DNA of 26,929 nucleotides from Terriglobia bacterium (lineage in GTDB: Bacteria > Acidobacteriota > Terriglobia > Terriglobales > Acidobacteriaceae), in NCBI GenBank assembly GCA_041486545.1, contig JBGPLR010000001.1:1-26929 (forward strand), read 5' to 3'. The notes beneath the pieces were generated by a model that was not told the origin of the DNA, did not search any database, and was given only the letters and a program-made list of their open reading frames with translations. Of the stretch, positions 1 through 9,034 are shown piece by piece. Each line of letters opens with the position of its first letter. The stretch's first letter is position 1. The position numbers were made by a program, and so were the translations under genes.

Positions 1-2
1 CA

Positions 3-1649
3 GATACCGGAGCGGAGATCATCCGCGGCGACAACCGCGACAAGAGCGGCATCAACGGTGACTTCCTCTGCATCAAAGGCCGCTACGCCTTCGACTTCAC
101 TGAACACAAAGACCGTCTCCGCCAGCCTCTCGTCCGCAAAGAAGGCAAACTGGTCCCTGCCACCTGGGAAGAAGCCATTGACCACGTGGCCAAACGCTTG
201 CGCGAGATTCGCGATAGCAAAGGCGGCCAGGCGATTGGAGTGATCGGCTCCAACCGCACTACCAACGAAGAAAGCTACCTTTTGCAGAAATTCGCCCGCA
301 CCGTGCTGGGCACCAACAACATTGATCACCACCGCACAGCCGATTACGCCGCGTTCGCGCGCGCTCTTGCCGGCAAGACCAATGCCACGGCCTCCATGCG
401 CGACGTGGCCGGCGCCCCGGCCATCCTGCTGATCGGCAATGATCCCACGGAGCAACATCCGCTGCTGGCGTGGAACATTCGCACCGCCGTCCGCTTGCAC
501 CAGGCCCAGTTCTACGTTGTGAATTCGCAGCCCATCAAGCTGCGCCGCCAGGCTGCCGGCTTTATCCAACTGGGGGCGGGCAAAGAAGGCAAGATTGCCG
601 CGTTTCTCAACGGCGACGATGCGGCCGCCGGTTCGCTCACCAGCGCCAGCGTCACCAATGACACGCTGAAGAAATTCCGCGACGAGATCAAGGCTCTCAA
701 AGACCTGGTCATCATCTTTGGCTCGGAAGTCCGCGGAGCCGACGTCGCCGCTCTGGTCAAGTTTGGCTCCGGCATCAACGCCAGGTTCATCTGCCTTGGC
801 GACTACGCCAACTCACGCGGCGCCGCGGATATGGGCCTGTTCCCTGACCTGCTGCCAGGGTACACGGCGCTCGCATCGGCACAGAAATTCAGCGCCGAAT
901 GGGGCACGCTGCCCGCGGCAAAAGGCTTGTCCCTACAGGAAATGATGCAAGCGGCGAAGACCGGAAAGCTGGCAGCTCTGTATGTTGTCGGATGCAACCC
1001 GGTCAGCGACTACAGCTTTGATCCGGCGGCGCTCAAGAACACCTTCATCGTCGCCCAGGAATTGTTCCTGACGGAAACCGCATCGCTGGCGGAAGTTGTG
1101 CTGCCCGCGGCGTCAGCCTACGAAAAATCCGGCACGTTTACCAATACCAGCGGTGATGTGCAACTGCTCAAGAAGGCCGGCGACGTGGCCGGCGTCCGCA
1201 GCGATTTTGAAATCATCGTCCGCGTGGCCGAGCGCATGGGGGCCGACGTCAAGAAGCTGGTTCCCTTCGGCGGCGGCGTGCACTCCGACATGGGACAGAC
1301 TCGCGGCGTGCAGTCCGGCGAAGCGGACCGCCACTCGGTGTGGCTCACAGCCAACAACATGGAACCGCGTACCAGCCCGTTTGACTCGATGGCCATCCTG
1401 GACGAAATCCAGCGCCTGGTTCCCGGCTACGAGTTCTCAAGGTTGAACCTGCTGGCCGGCAATGACCAGCACGTCACCGCGGCCGAACGCAGCAACGCCG
1501 GCGCGGCGGACGGCCTGGTACAGATTGTTCCCGCCAATGACACGTTGTTTACCTCGGGAACGCTGGGTCGCTACTCAACCATGTTGAATTCCGTTGCTGA
1601 AGGCAAGAGCGGCGTACCGGCAGACAAGAAAGAAGTCATGGCGGATTAG
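3..1649 (+). CDS. nuoG: NADH-quinone oxidoreductase subunit G, C-terminal part (5' end outside window)
   Basis: The frame is open from base 3 (DTGAEIIRGDNRDKSGINGDFLCIKGRYAFDF...RLRQPL...ATWEEA), so the track start at 186 is internal. Molybdopterin-oxidoreductase-like motifs (TNEESYLLQKF, NNIDH, VVLPAASAYEKSGTFTN). Directly upstream of nuoH. Confidence 0.93.
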   Translation, partial: DTGAEIIRGDNRDKSGINGDFLCIKGRYAFDFTEHKDRLRQPLVRKEGKLVPATWEEAIDHVAKRLREIRDSKGGQAIGVIGSNRTTNEESYLLQKFARTVLGTNNIDHHRTADYAAFARALAGKTNATASMRDVAGAPAILLIGNDPTEQHPLLAWNIRTAVRLHQAQFYVVNSQPIKLRRQAAGFIQLGAGKEGKIAAFLNGDDAAAGSLTSASVTNDTLKKFRDEIKALKDLVIIFGSEVRGADVAALVKFGSGINARFICLGDYANSRGAADMGLFPDLLPGYTALASAQKFSAEWGTLPAAKGLSLQEMMQAAKTGKLAALYVVGCNPVSDYSFDPAALKNTFIVAQELFLTETASLAEVVLPAASAYEKSGTFTNTSGDVQLLKKAGDVAGVRSDFEIIVRVAERMGADVKKLVPFGGGVHSDMGQTRGVQSGEADRHSVWLTANNMEPRTSPFDSMAILDEIQRLVPGYEFSRLNLLAGNDQHVTAAERSNAGAADGLVQIVPANDTLFTSGTLGRYSTMLNSVAEGKSGVPADKKEVMAD

Positions 1650-1650
1650 A

Positions 1651-1717
1651 AGCAAATAGCAGCTGGCAAATAGCATGAGTCGTTTCGTTGTTGGCTGTTG
1701 GCAAGATTTGCTGTTGC
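1651..1717. repeat. Heptamer-armed imperfect palindrome in the nuoG-nuoH spacer
   Basis: Left arm agcaaat/agcagct/ggcaaat/agcatga (1651-1678). Right arm tgttggc x2 (1689-1702) plus atttgct (1706-1712), the exact reverse complement of agcaaat. Confidence 0.55.
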
Positions 1718-1772
1718 GGTTCAGAGAGAAATTGAGTTCGTCACCGCTGTTAGGGGCGGCAGTAACCAAAAC

Positions 1773-2855
1773 GTGGACACAAAAACTTTCATCATCGTAG
1801 CCGTGATCAAGATCCTGCTGATCCTCTTTATCATGCTGACCGGCGTGGCCTACACCACTCTGCTGGAACGCAAACTCGTGGCCCGCATACAGAACCGCTG
1901 GGGCCCCACGCGCGTTGGCCCGTTCGGGCTGCTGCAACCCCTGGCTGACGGCATTAAGTTCATCCTGAAGGAAGACCTGGTACCGGACAACGTGCACAAG
2001 GGCCTGTACATCCTGGCCCCGATGCTGGCCCTGGCCATGTCCCTGATCTCGATTGCCATTATTCCTTTTGGCGAGTCCATCACCGTTCGTGGAATCACCA
2101 TCCCGCTGCAGATTACCGGCATGGGCGGGGCGGGCGGACTGAGTGACATCAACATTGGCCTGCTGATCATTTTGGGAGCAACTTCGGTCGGCGTTTATGG
2201 AATCGCGCTGGCGGGATGGTCGTCCAACAGCAAGTATTCCCTGCTCGGCTCCTTGCGCGCCAGCGCTCAGATGATCAGCTATGAACTGGCTCTGGGACTC
2301 TCCCTGGTTGGAATCCTTCTGCTGGCGGGCAGCCTGAGCCTGCGCGAGATCGTCAACCAGCAGTCCGGCACATGGATGCTCGGCAGCTTCAACACTCATC
2401 TGCCGCACTGGTATATTGCTCCCCAATTCATTGCGTTCTTCATTTATCTGATGGCCGCCTACGCGGAGACCAACCGCATTCCCTTTGATCTTCCTGAAGC
2501 CGAAACCGAACTGGTCGCCGGATACCACACCGAATACAGTTCCATGAAATTTGCCATGTTCTTCATGGCCGAATACCTGAACATGTTTACCGTTGGCTGC
2601 CTGGCCACGCTGCTGTTCTTCGGCGGATGGCACGGGCCGGCCATCCCCGGAGCGCCGCCCATCGTCGCGGCGCTGCTGCCGGTGTTTTATTTCGCGGTGA
2701 AAGTGTTCTTCTTTATCTTTCTCTATATCTGGATTCGCGGCACGCTGCCGCGCTTCCGTTATGACCAGCTGATGGCATTTGGATGGAAATTCCTGCTGCC
2801 GCTGGCGATTGCCAACATTATTGTCACCAGCTTCATCGTGGCCTGGAGGGCTTAA
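1773..2855 (+). CDS. nuoH: NADH-quinone oxidoreductase subunit H
   Basis: LERKLVARIQNRWGP, GLLQPLADGIKFILKE, AETNRIPFDLPEAETELVAGYHTEYS and RFRYDQLM motifs. Start set to the in-frame GTG at 1773; the track start at 1698 lies in the intergenic repeat. Confidence 0.96.
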   Translation: MDTKTFIIVAVIKILLILFIMLTGVAYTTLLERKLVARIQNRWGPTRVGPFGLLQPLADGIKFILKEDLVPDNVHKGLYILAPMLALAMSLISIAIIPFGESITVRGITIPLQITGMGGAGGLSDINIGLLIILGATSVGVYGIALAGWSSNSKYSLLGSLRASAQMISYELALGLSLVGILLLAGSLSLREIVNQQSGTWMLGSFNTHLPHWYIAPQFIAFFIYLMAAYAETNRIPFDLPEAETELVAGYHTEYSSMKFAMFFMAEYLNMFTVGCLATLLFFGGWHGPAIPGAPPIVAALLPVFYFAVKVFFFIFLYIWIRGTLPRFRYDQLMAFGWKFLLPLAIANIIVTSFIVAWRA

Positions 2856-2862
2856 AACCGAA

Positions 2863-3363
2863 ATGGTTCACCAGGTACTGTTCATCGTCTTCGGACTCAT
2901 CTGCGTGGCCGGCGCTGTGAACCTGCTGGTTCAGCGCCACCCCATCAACAGCGCTTTGTCGCTGGTGGTGGTAATGGCTTCCCTGGCGCTGATTTACCTG
3001 CTGCTGGGCGCTGAGTTTGTTGCCGCCATCCAGGTGATCGTTTACGCCGGGGCCATCATGGTGTTGTTCGTTTTTGTCATCATGCTGCTCAACGCCGGCG
3101 CGGAAGAGCGGAGTAAGGGGAGCGTGATGGCGTTGCTCATCGGCGTGCCTGGCGTGATCGTGTTGGGTTGCCTGGTGAGCTGGACCATGCTCACCACGAG
3201 CAAGGGGCTAAGCGGCGTCAGCATCAGCGCCAGCGACTTCGGTGAGACCCATCCCATCGCCCGCCTGTTGTTCAAAGATTTTCTGCTTCCGTTTGAAGTC
3301 ACCTCCGTGCTGATCCTCATTGCGATCATGGGCGCGGTGGTTCTGGGAAGGAGGGAAAACTAA
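2863..3363 (+). CDS. nuoJ: NADH-quinone oxidoreductase subunit J
   Basis: HPINSALSL, AEFVAAIQVIVYAGAIMVLFVFVIMLL and PFEVTSVLILIAIMGAVVL motifs. ATG at 2863 follows GGAGGG at 2845-2850. Confidence 0.95.
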   Translation: MVHQVLFIVFGLICVAGAVNLLVQRHPINSALSLVVVMASLALIYLLLGAEFVAAIQVIVYAGAIMVLFVFVIMLLNAGAEERSKGSVMALLIGVPGVIVLGCLVSWTMLTTSKGLSGVSISASDFGETHPIARLLFKDFLLPFEVTSVLILIAIMGAVVLGRREN

Positions 3364-3705
3364 GTGGTTCCTCTCTCCTGGTACCTCACCCTCAGCACAG
3401 TGTTGTTCTGTTTGGGCGTGCTTGGATTCCTGCTCAAGCGAAACATCATCACCATTTTTATGTCCATTGAGCTGATGCTCAACGCCGTGAACCTGACGTT
3501 TGTGGCGTTTGCCAATTATTGGAATGCGCACGGCGGGATTCTGCCCAGCGGCCAAAAGATTGTCGGCTTGAGCGGCCACGTATTCGTTTTCTTCGTCATG
3601 GTCGTCGCTGCGGCGGAAGCGGCCGTTGGACTGGCGATCATCATTGCGGTGTTCCGTACGCGCGAAACTTTGAATGTTGACCGGGTAAATCTGCTGAAAC
3701 TATGA
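3364..3705 (+). CDS. nuoK: NADH-quinone oxidoreductase subunit K
   Basis: [20 protein letters not shown] and [13 protein letters not shown] motifs. GTG start abuts the nuoJ stop. Confidence 0.95.
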   Translation: MVPLSWYLTLSTVLFCLGVLGFLLKRNIITIFMSIELMLNAVNLTFVAFANYWNAHGGILPSGQKIVGLSGHVFVFFVMVVAAAEAAVGLAIIIAVFRTRETLNVDRVNLLKL

Positions 3706-5783
3706 GCGACAACTTATATCTCTGGGTCATTCCGCTGCTGCCGCTGGCCGGCGCCGCCATCAATGGCCTTTTCGGACGCCGCTTCAAGAACGGCATGGTC
3801 TCTTTTGTGGCCTTGCTGTTTACCGCGGCCTCGTTCGGATGGGCAGCGTGGGCCGTGTGGAAGGCGTGGCCAAGCGCCGGCCCTCACATGGCCTTGCCGC
3901 ACATTGAGACGCTGGGAACATGGATCAGCGCCGGCAGTTTCAGCGCGGCGTTCGGCTTCTACCTGGACCAGCTCTCCATGATTATGGTGCTGGTGGTCAC
4001 CGGCGTGGGCTTCCTCATCCATATTTATGCCGTCGGATACATGGCGCATGAAGGCGGGTACTACCGCTTCTTTGCCTACCTGAACCTCTTCATGTTCTTC
4101 ATGCTGACGCTGGTGCTGGCCAACAACTACCTGTTGATGTTCGTGGGCTGGGAAGGCGTGGGACTGGCGTCGTACCTGCTGATCGGCTTTTACTTCCTCA
4201 AGGACTCGGCGGCCGACGCCGGCAAGAAAGCGTTTATCGTCAACCGCATTGGCGACTTCGCTTTCCTCATCGGCATGTTCCTGCTGATTCAGCATTTCGG
4301 CACGCTGAATTATGACGGCGTATTCAACGCGCTGAAAGATTCTTCAAAATACCCTGTAGAAGCCGGCTTCGGCTTCCTCACCATCACCGCGCTCTGCCTG
4401 ATGTTTGGCGCCACAGGCAAGTCCGCCCAAGTCCCGCTCTACGTCTGGCTGCCCGACGCCATGGAAGGCCCCACGCCGGTCTCGGCTTTGATCCACGCGG
4501 CGACCATGGTCACCGCTGGCATCTACATGATCGCCCGCTCCCATGCCATCTTTAATCTGGCGCCGCATGCGCTGGAGGTCGTCGCCATCATCGGCTGCCT
4601 CACCGCCATTTTTGCCGCCACCATGGGCATGGCGCAGACGGACATCAAGCGCGTTCTGGCTTACTCCACCGTCTCGCAGCTGGGTTACATGTTCCTGGCT
4701 TGCGGCGCGGCCGCGTACTCCGCGGCCATCTTTCACCTGATGACCCACGCGTTCTTTAAGGCCCTGCTCTTCCTCGGCGCAGGATCAGTCATTCACGCAC
4801 TGAGCGGCGAGCAGGACATGCGCCGCATGGGCGGCTTGTGGAGGAAGATTCCCAAAACGTTCTGGGTAATGACCATCGCCACTATTGCGATTGCTGGCAT
4901 ACCGCCGTTTGCCGGGTTCTTCAGCAAAGACCAGATCCTTGGCGAAGTCTATAAGAGCCCGACCGCCGGACCGATTATGTGGGTGGTCGGTGTAATCACC
5001 GCGGGCATCACGTCGTTCTACATGTTCCGCCTGTGGTTTATGACTTTCTTCGGCGAACGCCGCGCTGACGCCGACCTGGGCGACGCGCATTTGATGGCCG
5101 CACCGGCCCACGCTCCCGCCGCTGCCGGACATGACGACCATGGTCATGACGATCATGGCCACGGAAATGGTGTTCACGAATCGCCGTGGATCATGATTGG
5201 TCCTCTGGTGGTGCTGGCGGTCCTTTCGTTCGTCGGCGGCTGGGTAGGTGTGCCTACTTTCATGAAGGGCCACAATGAGATTGAGCACTTTCTGGCGCCG
5301 GTGATGCACTCCACTGAGTTTGAAGTGCGGCAACTGAGCACGGCTGAAGTCGCTGAAAAGGAAGCTGAGAGCGCCAAGGAACGCAATCAAGAATTAATAC
5401 TCGCGGGCACCTCTGTCGCCGTCGCCCTCATCGGTTTCTTTTTTGCCTGGCTGCTCTATTACAAGAGTCCCGGCCTGCCGGACAAAATTACCGGCAAGAT
5501 CCACGGCATCTACCTCGTGGTCCTGCACAAATACTACGTGGACGAAGGCTACGGCCTGCTGCTGGTCAAGCCTTTGCTGGCCCTCTCCACCGTGGTCTTC
5601 TGGCGCGGCGTGGACCAGGGCGTGATTGACGGCCTGGTCAACGGCGCCGGCTCGACTTCGCAAGGCATCGGCAACGAGTTGCGCCGCATGCAGTCCGGCA
5701 ACATCCGCTCGTACGCCGCCTGGGTGGCTCTGGGCGGCGCGGCGGTCATCGCCTACATGATCTGGCTGGGGGTGCAGAAGTGA
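3702..5783 (+). CDS. nuoL: NADH-quinone oxidoreductase subunit L
   Basis: [59 protein letters not shown] and [14 protein letters not shown] motifs. ATGA overlap with nuoK. Confidence 0.97.
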   Translation: MSDNLYLWVIPLLPLAGAAINGLFGRRFKNGMVSFVALLFTAASFGWAAWAVWKAWPSAGPHMALPHIETLGTWISAGSFSAAFGFYLDQLSMIMVLVVTGVGFLIHIYAVGYMAHEGGYYRFFAYLNLFMFFMLTLVLANNYLLMFVGWEGVGLASYLLIGFYFLKDSAADAGKKAFIVNRIGDFAFLIGMFLLIQHFGTLNYDGVFNALKDSSKYPVEAGFGFLTITALCLMFGATGKSAQVPLYVWLPDAMEGPTPVSALIHAATMVTAGIYMIARSHAIFNLAPHALEVVAIIGCLTAIFAATMGMAQTDIKRVLAYSTVSQLGYMFLACGAAAYSAAIFHLMTHAFFKALLFLGAGSVIHALSGEQDMRRMGGLWRKIPKTFWVMTIATIAIAGIPPFAGFFSKDQILGEVYKSPTAGPIMWVVGVITAGITSFYMFRLWFMTFFGERRADADLGDAHLMAAPAHAPAAAGHDDHGHDDHGHGNGVHESPWIMIGPLVVLAVLSFVGGWVGVPTFMKGHNEIEHFLAPVMHSTEFEVRQLSTAEVAEKEAESAKERNQELILAGTSVAVALIGFFFAWLLYYKSPGLPDKITGKIHGIYLVVLHKYYVDEGYGLLLVKPLLALSTVVFWRGVDQGVIDGLVNGAGSTSQGIGNELRRMQSGNIRSYAAWVALGGAAVIAYMIWLGVQK

Positions 5784-7402
5784 ACGGCTCGATCCTTACA
5801 CTCGTTACGTTCCTTCCCACCATCGGCGCGGTGCTGATCATGCTCATGCCGCGCAACGACCGCGTGCTGCGCTGGGCTGCGCTGCTCACTTCGCTGTTGG
5901 CATTTGCTTTTTCGCTTTACCTGCCGCTGCACCTGGTGAACGGACAAGCCGGCTTCCAGTTTGAAACAAATCGCAACTGGATTGGCCAAGCCATCCATTA
6001 CCACATGGGCGCGGACGGCATCTCCATGTGGCTGGTGGTGCTCACCACCTTCCTGGTGCCGCTGGGCGTGCTGGTTTCATGGAAATCAATCCATGATCGC
6101 GTCAAGGAATTTTTCGTCCTGCTGCTGGTGCTGGAGACGGCGATGATCGGCGTCTTCCTGGCGCTGGACATGTTCCTGTTCTACGTATTCTGGGAAGCCA
6201 CGCTGATTCCCATGGCTTTGCTGATTGGCATGTACGGGCACGGACGCCGCGTTTATGCCGCGGTCAAATTCTTCCTGTATACGATGGTCGCTTCGGTCTT
6301 CATGCTGGTGGCCATCATTTACCTGTACACGCATAACCCTGCGCACAACTTTGAGTACGCGGCGTTTCGCAACTTGATTGCCAGCAACGCCATTTCCGCT
6401 TCTGCGCTACAGTGGCTCTTCCTCGGATTCTTCGTAGCTTTCGCAGTCAAAGTCCCTCTGTTCCCGCTGCACACATGGTTGCCGGACGCGCACGTAGAAG
6501 CCCCAACGGCCGGCTCCGTCCTGCTGGCCGGCGTGCTGCTCAAGATGGGCACGTACGGCCTGTTGCGATTCAACCTGGGCATGTTCCCCGACCAATCGCA
6601 CAACAACGCAGCGTGGATCATTGTTCTGGCCATCATCGGCATCATTTACGGCGCGCTAGTGGCGCTGGTCCAGCCGAACCTGAAGAAGTTGATTGCCTAC
6701 TCGTCCGTGAGCCACTTGGGCTTCGTGGTGTTGGGCATTTTCACTTTCACCCAAGCCGGAGTTGACGGCGCGGTGTATCAGATGCTGAACCACGGCATCT
6801 CCACGGGAGCGCTGTTCATGCTGGCCGGCATGTTGTACGAACGCAAGCACACGTATGAATTCAAGGAATTCGGCGGGCTGGCTACGCCCATGCCGGTGTA
6901 TGCCACGTTCTTCCTGATCGCCGTGTTGTCGTCGGTCGGACTGCCGCTGATGAACGGCTTCGTCGGCGAATTCCTGGTGCTCAGCGGCGCGGCACAGAGC
7001 CATCCTCACGGCATGCTCTACGCTTCCCTGGCCACCAGCGGCGTGATCTGGGGCGCGTGCTACCTGCTGTGGATGTACCAGAAAGTCTTCTACGGCCCCA
7101 TCCATCACGACGAAAACAAACTGCTGCCGGACCTGGACGCGCGCGAGCAGATTTCCCTGTGGCCGGTGGCGGTGATGGCCCTGGTGATGGGCGTGGTATC
7201 GCCTTACTGGATGAAGAGCATTGATCCGGCGGTGGCCGTCGTTGTCAACACCGCGAAGAACACGGCGGCAACGTCAATTTCAGCGCCCCCCATTTCAACA
7301 GCATCAATTTCGGCGACACCAATTTCGTCAACACCAATTTTGCCAACACCGGCGGGTGGACAGAACCGGGTTGAGGGAAACCGGGTTGAGGAAAAAAGAT
7401 GA
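5780..7402 (+). CDS. nuoM: NADH-quinone oxidoreductase subunit M, with a low-complexity C-terminal tail
   Basis: FYVFWEATLIP, VKVPLFPLHTWLPDAHVEAPTAGSVLLAGVLLKMG and GLPLMNGFVGEFL motifs. GTGA overlap with nuoL. Confidence 0.96.
   Translation: MNGSILTLVTFLPTIGAVLIMLMPRNDRVLRWAALLTSLLAFAFSLYLPLHLVNGQAGFQFETNRNWIGQAIHYHMGADGISMWLVVLTTFLVPLGVLVSWKSIHDRVKEFFVLLLVLETAMIGVFLALDMFLFYVFWEATLIPMALLIGMYGHGRRVYAAVKFFLYTMVASVFMLVAIIYLYTHNPAHNFEYAAFRNLIASNAISASALQWLFLGFFVAFAVKVPLFPLHTWLPDAHVEAPTAGSVLLAGVLLKMGTYGLLRFNLGMFPDQSHNNAAWIIVLAIIGIIYGALVALVQPNLKKLIAYSSVSHLGFVVLGIFTFTQAGVDGAVYQMLNHGISTGALFMLAGMLYERKHTYEFKEFGGLATPMPVYATFFLIAVLSSVGLPLMNGFVGEFLVLSGAAQSHPHGMLYASLATSGVIWGACYLLWMYQKVFYGPIHHDENKLLPDLDAREQISLWPVAVMALVMGVVSPYWMKSIDPAVAVVVNTAKNTAATSISAPPISTASISATPISSTPILPTPAGGQNRVEGNRVEEKR
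7275..7393 (+). repeat. In-frame 15-nt tandem repeats in the nuoM 3' end
   Basis: Five units starting at 7275, 7290, 7305, 7320 and 7335 (c[a/c]attt-headed; ISAPP/ISTAS/ISATP/ISSTP/ILPTP). Then aaccgggttgagg at 7364 and 7379 (NRVEG/NRVEE), also 15-nt period. Confidence 0.85.
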
Positions 7403-8985
7403 ACCCGATTCAAACCATCGACTACATTCGCATCCTGCCTGAGCTGGTGCTCACCGCCTTTGGTATCGCGGTGATGATGATTGACCCGCTGCTGAAGCCG
7501 GGCACAAGCCGCAAGAGCCTTGGTCTGTTATCTCTGCTGGGCTCGCTGGGGGCGATTGCCGCAGCGTTATGCCAGTTGGCGTGGTTCTATGGCGACGCGA
7601 ACTTCAGCGCGCCGGGCTGGTTCGGCATGGTCCGCGTGGACAGTTTCTCCATCTTCTTCCACATCCTGATACCGGCCATCTCTGCTGTCTGCATTCTGGC
7701 TTCGCTCGAATACCTGGAAGTTCAGAAGATGAACAGCGGAGAATACTACGCCCTGATTCTTTTCGGGACGGTGGGCATGGTGCTCATGTCGTCCGCCGTG
7801 GAACTGGTGCTGATTTTCATCGCGCTGGAAATCTCTTCCATTTCCACGTACATTCTGGCCGGCTATCGCCGCCGCACCGCTTCCAGCACGGAGTCAGCGA
7901 TCAAGTATTTTCTGTTGGGATCGTTTGCCACCGCCTTCTTCCTCTACGGCGTTGCGTTAATGTTCGGCGCCACCGGGTCCACGAACCTGCTGGACATCCC
8001 CAAAGTGCTGGGCGAACAGGTAAACGCCGCTGGCACTCCTGGCGTTCTGGCGTTCATGGCAGTTGCTCTGATGATTGTGGGCCTGGGCTTCAAGATCGCC
8101 TCAGCGCCCTTCCACATCTGGACGCCTGACGTTTACGAAGGCGCGCCGGCCCCGGTGGTTGCGTTGATGTCCACCGGACCAAAAGCGGCGGCGTTTGCCG
8201 TGCTGTTGCGCGTGCTTTTTGCCACCACCAGCACCAAATGGTTCTGGTTGATCTGGATCTCCGCCGCGCTCTCCATGACGCTGGGCAACTTTGGCGCCCT
8301 CATGCAGAACAACGTGAAGCGCATGCTGGCTTACTCTTCCATCGCCCACGCCGGTTACATCCTGGTTGCGTTTGCCGCACAGAATAATGACGGCATCTCC
8401 GCCGCAATCTTTTATACCGCTTCGTACGCGGCCATGAACGTGGGCGCGTTTGCGGTGATCAGCCACGTCTCCTCCACCGGCGAGCGCTACGTCACCATGG
8501 ATGACTATGCCGGCATGGGCAAACGCGCTCCGCTGCTGGCCTTCACGCTCACCGTCTTCCTGCTGTCACTGATCGGCATCCCGGCCACGGCCGGCTTCCT
8601 GGGAAAGTATTACGTCTTCACTTCAGCTTTGTCCGGCGCAGCTTCCGCTACTCATCCTCAGGCTTTGCTGTGGCTGGTGATTATTGGCGTGATCAACAGC
8701 GCGGTGGCTTCCTACTATTACCTGCGGATCATCGTGGTCATGTATATGCGGGAACCGTCGGTGGACGAAGCCCCAGCCAGCGCCTCGGCCGCGATGCGGC
8801 TGGCGTTGATTGTGGCGGCGATTGCCACCATCTGGCTGGGCGTAGCGCCAGGACGCGTGACTAGCTCGGCGGCACGAGCGGCGCTCGATCTTGCCCCGGA
8901 TCGCAAGCCTACGGTTGGTTACATGCTAAAGGCTGTGCCCGCTCCTGCTGGGCCGGCGAGTCTGCCGGCTACTCCAGCAAGATAG
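7399..8985 (+). CDS. nuoN: NADH-quinone oxidoreductase subunit N
   Basis: ESAIKYFLLGS, GFKIASAPFHIWTPDVYEGAP, KRMLAYSSIAHAGY and GIPATAGFLGKY motifs. ATGA overlap with nuoM. Confidence 0.96.
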   Translation: MNPIQTIDYIRILPELVLTAFGIAVMMIDPLLKPGTSRKSLGLLSLLGSLGAIAAALCQLAWFYGDANFSAPGWFGMVRVDSFSIFFHILIPAISAVCILASLEYLEVQKMNSGEYYALILFGTVGMVLMSSAVELVLIFIALEISSISTYILAGYRRRTASSTESAIKYFLLGSFATAFFLYGVALMFGATGSTNLLDIPKVLGEQVNAAGTPGVLAFMAVALMIVGLGFKIASAPFHIWTPDVYEGAPAPVVALMSTGPKAAAFAVLLRVLFATTSTKWFWLIWISAALSMTLGNFGALMQNNVKRMLAYSSIAHAGYILVAFAAQNNDGISAAIFYTASYAAMNVGAFAVISHVSSTGERYVTMDDYAGMGKRAPLLAFTLTVFLLSLIGIPATAGFLGKYYVFTSALSGAASATHPQALLWLVIIGVINSAVASYYYLRIIVVMYMREPSVDEAPASASAAMRLALIVAAIATIWLGVAPGRVTSSAARAALDLAPDRKPTVGYMLKAVPAPAGPASLPATPAR

Positions 8986-9034
8986 TCGCGCCGCCTCGCG
9001 CCCCTTTATCATTCCGGCGTCACAGCATGGGGCA

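Noticed and set aside
5128-5162. His/Asp repeat [11 protein letters not shown] in NuoL
   Set aside because: His-rich inserts just before the HESP motif are common in NuoL proteins.
3702-7402. Possible '2M' complex I with extra pumping capacity, suggested by the long 693-aa NuoL
   Set aside because: Only one nuoM is present. The extra NuoL length is in loops (His-rich and acidic inserts), not visibly in the transverse helix.
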